The notes: generated from the sequence alone by a model not told the origin. Positions 9,936-19,372 are shown, counted from the stretch's first letter. The stretch: DNA of 42,948 bases from an uncultured Bacilli bacterium (GCA_944373135.1 CALWAM010000001.1:1-42948), one strand, 5' to 3'. Numbers and translations are program-made.

Positions 9936-10766
9936 ATGAAAGTAATTAATATGGAAGAAATCCGCCAATCAATTTTAGATAAAGTTGGACTTGACATTGA
10001 TTTGAGTATCGTAAAACATGTTTTATATGATGAAACTCTAGGAATCTATGTATTTAATGGTGATGATTTTTATTTTCTATGCAATAATGAAGGTGAGAAA
10101 CCAGTATATTTGCGATGTGAAGCAGGAAAAATAAAAAGTATTGAAAAAGAAGATATAAGTTATTATGATTTAATGGAAGAAGATTCTATGGTATTCAGTT
10201 TTGATGGTAATATTAGGTGTGTTTTAGCTATGACTTGTGATGCACGAAATTTATATATGGCAGCAATAGATAAATATATCGGTGAAGAATCGGTATTAAG
10301 TTTGTTATCTAAACAAAATGTTGTTCGTCAAAGTAATGGCTATCCGTATATTTACTATCAGTCATTTAATTTTCCTGATGTAATTATTTTAAATGTTCAC
10401 GACAAAAAATATAAATTATATTATTTAGTAGAATTCAATCATCATGATTTATTGACCTATATTTATGGGTTGTGGCGAACATCGGATGATGTAATTGATT
10501 TTTATAAAAAAGTTAAGGAAGCATATAACAAAAATTTTCCGACTTTTAGAAGATATGTTAAAAGTAAGTTATTATCTGGTCCTTATTTTGATGTAAAAAA
10601 TAATTTATTACTAGGTAAAATTTATACGATAGAAGATCTTCAAGAAATGTTTAAGGATTTCGGAGGATTGGCTGTTGATAGAAATTTGATTAAATTTTAT
10701 AATGGCGAATTAGAAGAAGTTAATGATTACCAACAAGCATTAAGATTGATTAGAAATAACGATTAA
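9936..10766 (+). CDS. Hypothetical cytoplasmic protein
   Basis: Long ORF with no recognisable motif. Start placed at the ATG at 9936, 11 nt after GGAG; the track start at 9924 is GTG. Confidence 0.45.
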   Translation: MKVINMEEIRQSILDKVGLDIDLSIVKHVLYDETLGIYVFNGDDFYFLCNNEGEKPVYLRCEAGKIKSIEKEDISYYDLMEEDSMVFSFDGNIRCVLAMTCDARNLYMAAIDKYIGEESVLSLLSKQNVVRQSNGYPYIYYQSFNFPDVIILNVHDKKYKLYYLVEFNHHDLLTYIYGLWRTSDDVIDFYKKVKEAYNKNFPTFRRYVKSKLLSGPYFDVKNNLLLGKIYTIEDLQEMFKDFGGLAVDRNLIKFYNGELEEVNDYQQALRLIRNND

Positions 10767-10801
10767 AATGTGATAAAATATGTAAAAGAAAGAGGTTTTT
10801 T

Positions 10802-12271
10802 ATGAGAGAGTTTACAGAACAAGAGATAGTAAGAAGAAATAAAATTGATGAGATAAGAAATTATTGTAATCCTTATCCAGATAGATTTGAAGTTAATTAT
10901 TCAATTAAAGATGCTAGTAAGTTAGAAGATGGTGTTACCGGCGTTAATGTTGCTGGAAGAATTGTATTAATGAGAAAAATGGGAAAGATATCTTTCTTAA
11001 CGATTCAAGATATAGAAGGTCGAATACAAGTATCAATTAAAATTGATTTGGTAGGAGAGGAAAAGTATAAAGAATTTAAAGAAATATTTGATGTTGGAGA
11101 TTTTATAGGTGTCTCTGGAGAAATATTTACTACGCATACTGGAGAAAAAACTATTAGAGCCAATAGCTTTGAATTCTTAGGTAAAGCTTTAAAACCACTA
11201 CCAGAAAAATTTCATGGTTTAACAGATATTGAAGAAGTATATAGAAATCGTCCAGTAGATTTAATTATGAACAAAGAGGCTAGAGATAAATTTCTATTTA
11301 GAAGTAATCTTATTAAAGAAATTAGAAATTATTTAAATGATAAGGGATATATAGAGATCGAAACTCCTATATTAAATAATAAAGCTAGTGGAGCGTTAGC
11401 TAAACCATTTAAGACGCATCATAATGCATTAGATATTGATTTATATTTAAGAATTGCTCCTGAAACTTATTTAAAAAGAGCGATAGTAGGCGGTTTTACT
11501 AAGGTCTTTGAATTTGCGAGATGTTTCAGAAATGAGGGAATGGATGCTAGTCACTTACAAGATTTTACAATGTTAGAAGGTTATGGAGCATATCTTAATT
11601 ATAAAGATAATATGGTGTTCTTAAAAGATATGTTACAAAGTGTTATTTATAAATTATTTGGAACATTAGAAGTAAGTGTTAATGGTAAAATGGTTGATTT
11701 GTCTGGTGAATGGAAAACTGTTTCTTTTAGAGATTTAATTTATAAATATGCTGATATAGATATATATGTTGATAATGATAAAGATAAGTTATTAAATAGA
11801 ATTAAAGAAAAAAATATTCAAATAGATAGTGAAACACCTCTTGAAAAATTAGGTTATGGTAATCTGGTCGATCAGTTATATAAAAAGGTAGCCAGACCTT
11901 ATATATTGAATCCAATATTCTTAGTAGAACATCCAATTGATTTGTCTCCTTTAGCTAGAGCTAATGATGATAATAAAAATATTACTGATAGATTTCAACT
12001 TGTTATAAATGGAGCAGAGATAATAAATGCTTATTCTGAATTAGTAGATCCGATGGAACAAGAAAAAAGATTAATTCATCAAGCTGAATTAAAAAATAAT
12101 GGTGATGAAGAAGCAATGGTCATGGATTATGATTATATTGAAGCAATGGAAGTTGGTATGCCGCCGATTAGTGGGTGGGGTATTGGTATTGATAGATTAG
12201 TGCAATTATTAACTAGTAGTGAAAATATAAAGGATATAGTTTTATTTCCTTTAATGAGACCAAAAGATTAA
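10802..12271 (+). CDS. lysS: Lysine--tRNA ligase (class II)
   Basis: OB-fold N-domain plus class II motifs (FRNEG, GIGIDRL). AGAGG RBS. Confidence 0.95.
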   Translation: MREFTEQEIVRRNKIDEIRNYCNPYPDRFEVNYSIKDASKLEDGVTGVNVAGRIVLMRKMGKISFLTIQDIEGRIQVSIKIDLVGEEKYKEFKEIFDVGDFIGVSGEIFTTHTGEKTIRANSFEFLGKALKPLPEKFHGLTDIEEVYRNRPVDLIMNKEARDKFLFRSNLIKEIRNYLNDKGYIEIETPILNNKASGALAKPFKTHHNALDIDLYLRIAPETYLKRAIVGGFTKVFEFARCFRNEGMDASHLQDFTMLEGYGAYLNYKDNMVFLKDMLQSVIYKLFGTLEVSVNGKMVDLSGEWKTVSFRDLIYKYADIDIYVDNDKDKLLNRIKEKNIQIDSETPLEKLGYGNLVDQLYKKVARPYILNPIFLVEHPIDLSPLARANDDNKNITDRFQLVINGAEIINAYSELVDPMEQEKRLIHQAELKNNGDEEAMVMDYDYIEAMEVGMPPISGWGIGIDRLVQLLTSSENIKDIVLFPLMRPKD

Positions 12272-12287
12272 TTTTGGTCTTTTTTTA
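12257..12287 (+). terminator. Rho-independent terminator of lysS
   Basis: AGACCAAAA-gattaa-TTTTGGTCT followed by TTTTTTT. Confidence 0.7.
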
Positions 12288-12366
12288 TGAAATTTTTGGT
12301 GAATTTTTATTAAAAATATTAGGAAAATAATACTGATGTGTTATAATTATAATGGGAGGAGGAAAT

Positions 12367-13782
12367 ATGAAAAATATGTTAAAGAGACATGATTTATTAA
12401 AATTAGTGTCAATTGTTTGTTTAATAGCTTTTATTTTAACTTGGATAATTCCTGGTGGAGCATTTAGTGGAACTGAATTAGGAGCTACGCAATTCAGTCG
12501 TTTTGGCCTAGATGAAATATTCAGAGCGCCATTTTATGGCTTAAGTTATTACTTACCAACTATATTATTTTTCTTAGCAATAGGATTATTTTATGGTGTA
12601 TTAACTGTAAGTGATAACTATATAAAAATGGTTCTAAAGTTAGCTAAATTATTTAAAGGTAAAGAAATTGTATTTGTAATTTTATCTACTTTGTTATTTG
12701 CTATTTATGCTTCTGTTTCTGGGGAGATACTACCTATTTTGATATTTGCACCATTTATTATAAGTGTAATGTTGAATATGAATTTAGGAAAAGTAGTTGG
12801 AGTAGCTAGTACATTTGGAGCTTTAATGTTAGGATTAATTGGTCCTACATATACTACATATGGCATAGGGTTTTTCCATCAATTTATGGGTACTGAAGTT
12901 ACAACTGCTATAGGTATGAGAGCTCTTATTTTTGTTATTGCTTTTGTTCTATATTCTGTTTTTATGATTTTATATATTAAAAAACATAAAAAAGATAAAG
13001 AGATAAAAGAAGAAAAGAAATGCGATACTTTTTTAGTAAGTGATGTTAATAACAAGGATGCTAAAGTATGGCCAATGATTGTGGTGTTTGTATTATTGTT
13101 TGCATTAACAATTTTAGGATACTTTGATTGGAAAGGTTCATTTAATCTTGATGTATTTAATAATTTCCATCAATGGTTAATTGAATTAGAAGTTGGAAGT
13201 CAAACATTATTTTATTATTTAATTGGTAATGTTGGAGCGTTTGGAAATTGGGATTTATATACTATTTCTTATATTTTAATAATTGCGGCATTAGTTATTA
13301 AGTTGATATCTGGTATTAAATTTGATGATTTAATAACTAATATGGGAAATGGCTTTAAAAAATTATCTAATACTGCTTTATTAGTTGTTTTAGCTTATAC
13401 TGTATTTGTTGTTTCTTATTCAACTTATATAGTGCCAAATATTACTAACTTCTTTGAAAATTTGGTAGAAGCTTTTAACCCAATTATTACTTCTATAGTT
13501 GTTATTGTATCTAGTATATTAAATGTTGACTTTGGATTTACTGGATTTAGTTTAGGTTCATTCTATGCAGCTCAATATCCTGATATGATAAATAATATCT
13601 TAGTAATTTTTACAAGTATTAATGGCTTAGTATCATTTGTGGCTCCTACAAGCATAGTATTGTTAGCAGGTCTATCATATGCTAATGTTTCGTATAAAGA
13701 TTGGATTAAGTTTATATGGAAATTCTTACTAGCTATGTTAGCGGTTTTGTTAATAATATTTGTAGTGTTAACTTATTTATAA
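12367..13782 (+). CDS. Polytopic membrane carrier, YfcC / DcuC-like family
   Basis: About 12 TM segments. The N-terminal LTWIIPGGAF motif is typical of YfcC-type proteins. Start moved to the ATG at 12367, just after GGGAGGAGG. Confidence 0.5.
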   Translation: MKNMLKRHDLLKLVSIVCLIAFILTWIIPGGAFSGTELGATQFSRFGLDEIFRAPFYGLSYYLPTILFFLAIGLFYGVLTVSDNYIKMVLKLAKLFKGKEIVFVILSTLLFAIYASVSGEILPILIFAPFIISVMLNMNLGKVVGVASTFGALMLGLIGPTYTTYGIGFFHQFMGTEVTTAIGMRALIFVIAFVLYSVFMILYIKKHKKDKEIKEEKKCDTFLVSDVNNKDAKVWPMIVVFVLLFALTILGYFDWKGSFNLDVFNNFHQWLIELEVGSQTLFYYLIGNVGAFGNWDLYTISYILIIAALVIKLISGIKFDDLITNMGNGFKKLSNTALLVVLAYTVFVVSYSTYIVPNITNFFENLVEAFNPIITSIVVIVSSILNVDFGFTGFSLGSFYAAQYPDMINNILVIFTSINGLVSFVAPTSIVLLAGLSYANVSYKDWIKFIWKFLLAMLAVLLIIFVVLTYL

Positions 13783-13814
13783 AAAAATCTTGCATAACAA
13801 ATGCAAGATTTTTT
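13783..13814. terminator. Bidirectional terminator
   Basis: AAAAATCTTGCAT-aacaa-ATGCAAGATTTTTT between convergent genes. Confidence 0.65.
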
Positions 13815-14055
13815 ATTTGTCTTTAAGCTCTTCAAATAAAACTCTTATATCAATATTTAAGACTTTAGCAAAGCGCCATAATGTTCCTAAACTAAATGTT
13901 TGTTTATAATTTGGGCTTTCAATGTTCATGATAAAACCTTCGCTATAATTGCATAATAAAGCAAATTTTGCGACTGATAAATTTTTAAGTTTTCTTTGTT
14001 TTTTGAGATTTTGTCCCACTAAATAATAAATATAATTTTCGTCTTCTCTATCCAT
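13813..14055 (-). CDS. Small XRE-family HTH transcriptional regulator
   Basis: 80 aa. GQNLKKQRKLKNLSVAKFALLCNYSEGFIMNIE matches the XRE helix-turn-helix pattern. Confidence 0.7.
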   Translation of the reverse strand: MDREDENYIYYLVGQNLKKQRKLKNLSVAKFALLCNYSEGFIMNIESPNYKQTFSLGTLWRFAKVLNIDIRVLFEELKDK

Positions 14056-14177
14056 ATTACAATTATTCCTCTCTTTTAAAAATATGTTCTCATCTATTTA
14101 GTGAAAAAAACTCATCCATTCGCTGAGTATTCTACGGTGTTTTTAAGATATACTATAAATAGTAGAGGAGATTTGTT

Positions 14178-15797
14178 ATGAATAGAAGTTTTAATCCTGA
14201 AAAAGAATTAAGAAAAATTCAAGGTAATAATAAAAATAAAATAGTTGTTGGAATAATATTCTTATTAATAATTGTTGCAATAGGAACATCATTTGCTTTA
14301 TATCAAGTTCAAAATAAACAAGATATAGTATTTACTAAAGTAGGGAATTTCGGAGGAGATTATATTATTGCAGCTTATATAGATGGAGAAAAAGTTTCAG
14401 ATTTTCCTGAAAATAATGGCTCTTATATAGTAAATAACGTAGTTTGTAATAATGATGCTATTGGTAAATGGGATTATGAAAAATGGGGTATAAATATAAC
14501 TAATACCAGTAAAACGGAGACAAAATGTAACATCTATTTTTATAATGTTTATAAAGATAATAGTGGATCTAATGTCCCAGTATTATTAAATAATATGATA
14601 CCAATTAAATATGACGGAAGTAATTGGATTTATGCTAATAAAGCAGAAAAATGGTATGACTATGATGCTAAAGATTGGGCGAATGCTGTTGTATTAAATG
14701 ATGGAATTAATAAAAATGTTGGAGATGTTATCACAGAAGAGGAAATAGCTTTATGGTATGTATGGATACCAAGATATACTTATACAATTTTTAATGGCAA
14801 TAATGGTAGTGTTGCAGAGCAAGAAATTCAAATAAAATTTGAAAGTGGAACAAATAGTAGTGGAACAGTAAAGTGTATTGATAATGTAAGAGGTAGTGGC
14901 GATAGTAGTGAAGTATGTGTTGATCCGTCTAATGGAGGAGTTACTAATAATGTAAGTACATATACTCATCCAGCCTTTACCTTTGGTGATGAAGAATTAA
15001 CTGGTTTCTGGGTAGGAAAATTTGAAGTTGGTGGAACAATCAATAAAATTGAAATAAGACCAAATATAACTAGTTTAAGTAATCAAAATCTTTCATCATT
15101 TTTTATGGCAATTCAAAATATTAGTATACAATATAATATAAATGGTGATAGTCATATGATGAAGAATATGGAATGGGGAGCCGTTGCATATTTAACTCAA
15201 AGTAAATATGGTAGATGTACAAATGGGGTTTGTGAAGAAATAAGTAGAAATAATAATTCTTCATTTATAACCGGTTATGCAGCCGTAAATGCTGCAACAA
15301 CGGGTTTATCTGAAACGAGTGTGTCTACTAATGAGTTTGGAACAGATTTATCAATAACTCAACCGTATAATACAGAAGTAGGAATAAAAGCAAGTACGAC
15401 CGGAAATATATATGGAATATATGATATGAGTGGCGGAGTATGGGAATTTGTAATGGGGGGTGTAGTTGACTCTTCTGGATTGTTTTATAATAATAGAACC
15501 GGTTTTACAGCCGCTTCTATTCCTAGTCCTAATTATTATGATTCTTATACGTATGATACATTATATACTCCACACTTTAGGGGTAAATTAGGTGATGCCA
15601 CCAAAGAAACTAGAGTTAATGTTAACCCCGAGTATGGTGGATGGTATGGTGATTGCGGATATTTTCCAAGTGAAGACCTAGGTTGGGTTGCTCGTGGTGG
15701 ACCGTATAATTATGGAACCGGCTCTGGTATTTTCTATTTTACACGTATTAGTGGAGCAAATGCCATTGCTTGGGGAACACGTAGTGCACTTAGTTAA
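14178..15797 (+). CDS. Membrane-anchored or secreted protein with a C-terminal FGE/SUMF1-like (C-type-lectin-fold) domain
   Basis: N-terminal anchor ending GTSFALYQ. The C-terminal half carries FGE-sulfatase-like landmarks: MEWGAVAYL, GIYDMSGGVWEFVMG (compare GNVWEWV) and ARGGPY (compare RGGSW). Confidence 0.5.
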   Translation: MNRSFNPEKELRKIQGNNKNKIVVGIIFLLIIVAIGTSFALYQVQNKQDIVFTKVGNFGGDYIIAAYIDGEKVSDFPENNGSYIVNNVVCNNDAIGKWDYEKWGINITNTSKTETKCNIYFYNVYKDNSGSNVPVLLNNMIPIKYDGSNWIYANKAEKWYDYDAKDWANAVVLNDGINKNVGDVITEEEIALWYVWIPRYTYTIFNGNNGSVAEQEIQIKFESGTNSSGTVKCIDNVRGSGDSSEVCVDPSNGGVTNNVSTYTHPAFTFGDEELTGFWVGKFEVGGTINKIEIRPNITSLSNQNLSSFFMAIQNISIQYNINGDSHMMKNMEWGAVAYLTQSKYGRCTNGVCEEISRNNNSSFITGYAAVNAATTGLSETSVSTNEFGTDLSITQPYNTEVGIKASTTGNIYGIYDMSGGVWEFVMGGVVDSSGLFYNNRTGFTAASIPSPNYYDSYTYDTLYTPHFRGKLGDATKETRVNVNPEYGGWYGDCGYFPSEDLGWVARGGPYNYGTGSGIFYFTRISGANAIAWGTRSALS

Positions 15798-15821
15798 TTG
15801 TTGATAATGTATTAATAATAT

Positions 15822-15849
15822 TCATTTAATACGAAGTCGTATTAAATGA
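15822..15849 (+). other. Perfect 12-bp stem-loop just after the 14178 gene stop
   Basis: TCATTTAATACG-aagt-CGTATTAAATGA. There is no clean T-run after it. Confidence 0.4.
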
Positions 15850-15874
15850 TTTAATTCTAAATTAAATATTTTTT

Positions 15875-15960
15875 CTCGGCTTTTTAGTGAAGATTGTTAT
15901 CTGGATTATAATAGTCTCCTAATATCTTATAATTTAAACGGTCTTCACTAAAAAGCCGAG
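15875..15960. repeat. 19-bp perfect inverted repeat flanking a 48-nt spacer
   Basis: CTCGGCTTTTTAGTGAAGA (15875-15893) and TCTTCACTAAAAAGCCGAG (15942-15960). The spacer contains a nested ATTATAA/TTATAAT pair. Confidence 0.6.
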
Positions 15961-15965
15961 GGCAT

Positions 15966-15995
15966 AAGAAAGAATTTATGTTCTTTCTTTTTTTT
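15966..15995 (+). terminator. Rho-independent terminator
   Basis: AAGAAAGAA-tttatg-TTCTTTCTT followed by TTTTTT. Confidence 0.65.
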
Positions 15996-15997
15996 AT

Positions 15998-16014
15998 GGA
16001 CAACAAATGACAAA
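15998..16014 (+). promoter_or_regulatory. Tandem heptad resembling a CtsR operator upstream of the ClpC-like gene
   Basis: GGACAAC-AAA-TGACAAA compared with the CtsR consensus RGTCAAA-NAN-RGTCAAA gives 13/17 matches. Both heptads carry the same T-to-A change. No ctsR gene is in the window. Confidence 0.25.
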
Positions 16015-16057
16015 ATAAGTGGGCATAAACATATATAATAACGATGGAGGAATGTTT

Positions 16058-17860
16058 ATGGAATATAGTAAAGACATTAAGAATTTGTTTAGGATGGCGG
16101 AGAGGGAAATGATGTCTTTAAACCATCCTTATGTGGGGAGTGAACATTTGTTATTGGCATTATTAAAGAGTAATTGGGAATTAGTTAAAGATTTTAATAG
16201 ATTAGGATTAACTTATGATAAATTTAGAAATGAATTAATAGGAATAGTGGGAAGGTGTAAGAAAAAGAGTGAAGTAATATTATATACACCATTACTTAAA
16301 AGGGTAATTGAATTGGCAGGGAATGATGCTATAGAAGAAGATGAAGCGATGAGCTATAATCATTTATTTAATGCTATTATAGAAGAAGGGGAAGGGATTG
16401 CAATAAGGGTATTATTAGCAATGGATATACCTTTAAATAAGTTATATAACATTGTTAATAATAAAAATAAATTAGGTATTAAAGAAGGAATATTATTAAA
16501 TGAAATTAAAAATGACGAAATATTAATTGGCAGAGATAAAGAATTAAGAGAATTAGAAGAAATATTATTAAGAAAAAATAAATGTAATCCATTACTAGTA
16601 GGTAAAGCCGGAGTTGGGAAAAGCGCTATAGTTGAAGAATTTGTGCGACGAGTTAATAATAATGATGTTCCAGAGAGATTAAAAAATGTTAAAGTAATAA
16701 AGTTGGATATGGGAAGTTTAGTAGCTGGGACTAAGTATAGAGGAGAGTTTGAAGAAAAAATTACTACTTTGTTAGAAGAAGTTAATAATCGTAAGGATAT
16801 TGTCTTATTCATAGATGAAATACATACTTTGGTAAATGCGGGAGGTGCGGAAGGAGCGGTAAGTGCCTGTGATATTTTTAAACCTTATTTAGCGAGAGGA
16901 AGCATTAAACTTATTGGGGCGACAACATTTAGAGAATATAAAAATAGTATATTTAGAGATAAAGCTTTAAATAGGAGATTCCAATTAATAGAAGTTTTAG
17001 AACCATCTTTTTACGAAACTATGGATATTGTTAAAGGATTACGCCATAGTTATGAAGAGTTTCATGATGTTATAATTAGTGATGATGTAATTAATGAATT
17101 AGTTAAATGTAGTAATGAGTATATTTATAATAAAAGTAATCCTGATAAAACCATAGACTTATTGGATTCGGTTTGTGTATATGTAAGTTGTAAAAGTTTA
17201 ACTACTGGTGTAGAAGATAAAATGACGGAATTAAAAAATATGAAAAAAGCGAAAGATGATGCCATATGCGCGCAAAAATATGATACGGCTAAAGAGATTT
17301 GTCAGCGTGAAGATGAATTAAAAAAAGAAATAAAGTCTTTAAAAAAGAACAGTAGAGTTATCAAAATCACAGATATTCATGAGGTTATAAAGAGAAAATA
17401 TAAAATGGTGTATGATAAGAAAGAAATTAAAAATATTGTTGATAAGTATGAACTTATGAACAAAGAGTTTGTTATAAATTCTATTATGAATAAATTTTTA
17501 GAAATTGAAGAAGATAAGGAAGTACTAAATATGTGTAGAGAAATTTTTGGAAAACAATTAATAATTATTGATGGTATAGATTATAGAGAAAATAGTAGTA
17601 TTTATAAATTAATAGGAGTTCCTAAGGGATATCAAGGTTATAGAGAGGAATATAAGTTAGAAATTTTTAAAGATAATCCGTTTGGTTGTTTATATATAAA
17701 AAATATAAATGAAATGGCTTTAAATGTACAAGAACTAATTAATAAAATAATTAAAGATAGAATTATTACAGATCAAGAAGATGATAAAATTAGTTTTAAA
17801 AATGTTTTTATAGTCAATAATAAAGTAAGAGTAAAAAGTAGTATCGGTTTTGGTTTATAG
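16058..17860 (+). CDS. ClpC-like AAA+ ATPase: Clp N-domain, intact D1, UVR-like linker, and a truncated, degenerate D2
   Basis: Clp_N repeat (HPYVGSEHLLLALLK). D1 Walker A GKAGVGKS and Walker B LFIDEIH. In D2, LIGVPKGYQGY is conserved, there is no GxxGxGK[ST], and DEIE is replaced by KNIN. The protein ends at SSIGFGL. Start set at the ATG at 16058, 6 nt after GGAGGA. Confidence 0.8.
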   Translation: MEYSKDIKNLFRMAEREMMSLNHPYVGSEHLLLALLKSNWELVKDFNRLGLTYDKFRNELIGIVGRCKKKSEVILYTPLLKRVIELAGNDAIEEDEAMSYNHLFNAIIEEGEGIAIRVLLAMDIPLNKLYNIVNNKNKLGIKEGILLNEIKNDEILIGRDKELRELEEILLRKNKCNPLLVGKAGVGKSAIVEEFVRRVNNNDVPERLKNVKVIKLDMGSLVAGTKYRGEFEEKITTLLEEVNNRKDIVLFIDEIHTLVNAGGAEGAVSACDIFKPYLARGSIKLIGATTFREYKNSIFRDKALNRRFQLIEVLEPSFYETMDIVKGLRHSYEEFHDVIISDDVINELVKCSNEYIYNKSNPDKTIDLLDSVCVYVSCKSLTTGVEDKMTELKNMKKAKDDAICAQKYDTAKEICQREDELKKEIKSLKKNSRVIKITDIHEVIKRKYKMVYDKKEIKNIVDKYELMNKEFVINSIMNKFLEIEEDKEVLNMCREIFGKQLIIIDGIDYRENSSIYKLIGVPKGYQGYREEYKLEIFKDNPFGCLYIKNINEMALNVQELINKIIKDRIITDQEDDKISFKNVFIVNNKVRVKSSIGFGL

Positions 17861-17862
17861 GT

Positions 17863-17887
17863 AAAAGCATTAAATGCTTTTTATTTT
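17863..17887 (+). terminator. Rho-independent terminator
   Basis: AAAAGCA-ttaaa-TGCTTTT followed by TATTTT. Confidence 0.55.
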
Positions 17888-17929
17888 GGAAAAAATTTGA
17901 TATACTAAGGACAGAAATGAGGGATTTAT

Positions 17930-19372
17930 ATGGCAGTAAGAACAAGATTTGCACCTAGTCCTACCGGCTATATGCATATTGGCAACTTAAGAACCGCTAT
18001 ATTTGAATATTTAGTAGCTAAGAAAGATAATGGAGATTTTATTTTAAGAATAGAAGATACTGATCAAAATAGAAAAGTTGATGGGGCTATAGATTTTATT
18101 TATAAAACTTTGGAGTTATGTCATTTTAAAATAGATGAAGGTCCTAATAATCCTGGTAAAGTAGGTCCTTATATTCAAAGTGAAAGGAAAGCTATTTATA
18201 AAGAATATGCTGAAAAATTAGTATCGATGGGGGCAGCATATTATTGTTTTTGTACGGAAGAAGAATTAGATAGACAAAGAAAAGTGGCAGAAAGTAGAAG
18301 AATTCCTTTTATGTATAATGGAAAATGTAGTATTTTAACAGAAGAAGAAATAAAGGAAAAACTTGATAGTGGTATACCTTATGTAATAAGACAAAAGATG
18401 CCAAAAAATGGGGTTACGATTGTTAATGATTTAGTTTATGGCAAAATTAAGATTGATAATAGTATTTTGGAAGATCAAATTTTACTTAAAAGTGATGGCT
18501 TTCCAACTTATAATTTTGCGAATGTTGTAGATGACCATTTAATGGGAATTACACATGTTATTAGAGGACATGAATATTTAGATCAAACGGCTAAGTATAA
18601 TCTGTTATATCAAGCCTTTGGTTGGCAAGAGCCTACTTATATTCATGTAGCAATGGTTTTAGGGGAAGATGGTAATAAATTAAGTAAAAGAAATGGTGAT
18701 GCTTCTTTTATGGATTTATATAATCAAGGGTATTTACCAGAAGCTATTGTAAATTATTTAGTGTTATTAGGATGGAGTCCAAATTCTAATCAAGAAATAT
18801 TTTCAATGGAAGAATTAATACAAGCTTTTGACCCTACAAGAATAAGTAAAAGTAATAGTCAATATGATGTTAAAAAATTAAATTGGGTTAATGCACATTA
18901 CATTAAGAACATGGATGATGAAAAATATTTAGAATATATAAAACCATTTTTAACTAATGCATATGATTTAAGTAATAAGACTGATGAATGGATTAATAAA
19001 TTGTTACTAACTTATAAAAGTCATATTTCTTATGGAAAAGAAATAGAATATGAAGTGAAATGGTTGTTTACTGAAGAATTAGAAATGGATCAAGAATGTA
19101 AAGATTTTATGTTAAGTGATGATAGTATTAAAAATACTTTAAAAATCTTTCTTGATGAAATTAAAAATATAAATAATTGGGATAGTACAGAGATTAATAA
19201 TTGTATTAATATTACCAAAGAAAAAGCTCAAGTCAAAGGTAAATTGTTATTTATGCCGATAAGAATTGCGTGTACTCATCAAATGCATGGCCCAGAACTT
19301 GCTGATACCTTGTATTTGGTTGGAAAAGAAAAAATATTAAAGAGATTGGAGGATTATAATGAGAATATATAA
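17930..19372 (+). CDS. gltX: Glutamate--tRNA ligase
   Basis: RFAPSPTGYMHIGNLRTA (HIGH motif) and KLSKR (KMSKS motif). Full length. Confidence 0.95.
   Translation: MAVRTRFAPSPTGYMHIGNLRTAIFEYLVAKKDNGDFILRIEDTDQNRKVDGAIDFIYKTLELCHFKIDEGPNNPGKVGPYIQSERKAIYKEYAEKLVSMGAAYYCFCTEEELDRQRKVAESRRIPFMYNGKCSILTEEEIKEKLDSGIPYVIRQKMPKNGVTIVNDLVYGKIKIDNSILEDQILLKSDGFPTYNFANVVDDHLMGITHVIRGHEYLDQTAKYNLLYQAFGWQEPTYIHVAMVLGEDGNKLSKRNGDASFMDLYNQGYLPEAIVNYLVLLGWSPNSNQEIFSMEELIQAFDPTRISKSNSQYDVKKLNWVNAHYIKNMDDEKYLEYIKPFLTNAYDLSNKTDEWINKLLLTYKSHISYGKEIEYEVKWLFTEELEMDQECKDFMLSDDSIKNTLKIFLDEIKNINNWDSTEINNCINITKEKAQVKGKLLFMPIRIACTHQMHGPELADTLYLVGKEKILKRLEDYNENI

Noticed and set aside
10767-10801. Possible T-box or other leaders upstream of lysS (also gltX at 17861-17929, and cysS)
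   Set aside because: The leaders are 35-70 nt, too short for a T-box, and they lack the GGTGGTACCGCG motif.
16360-16812. 150-aa minus-strand ORF
   Set aside because: It is antisense to the conserved D1 domain of the ClpC-like gene. The sequence is S/L/N-rich shadow translation.
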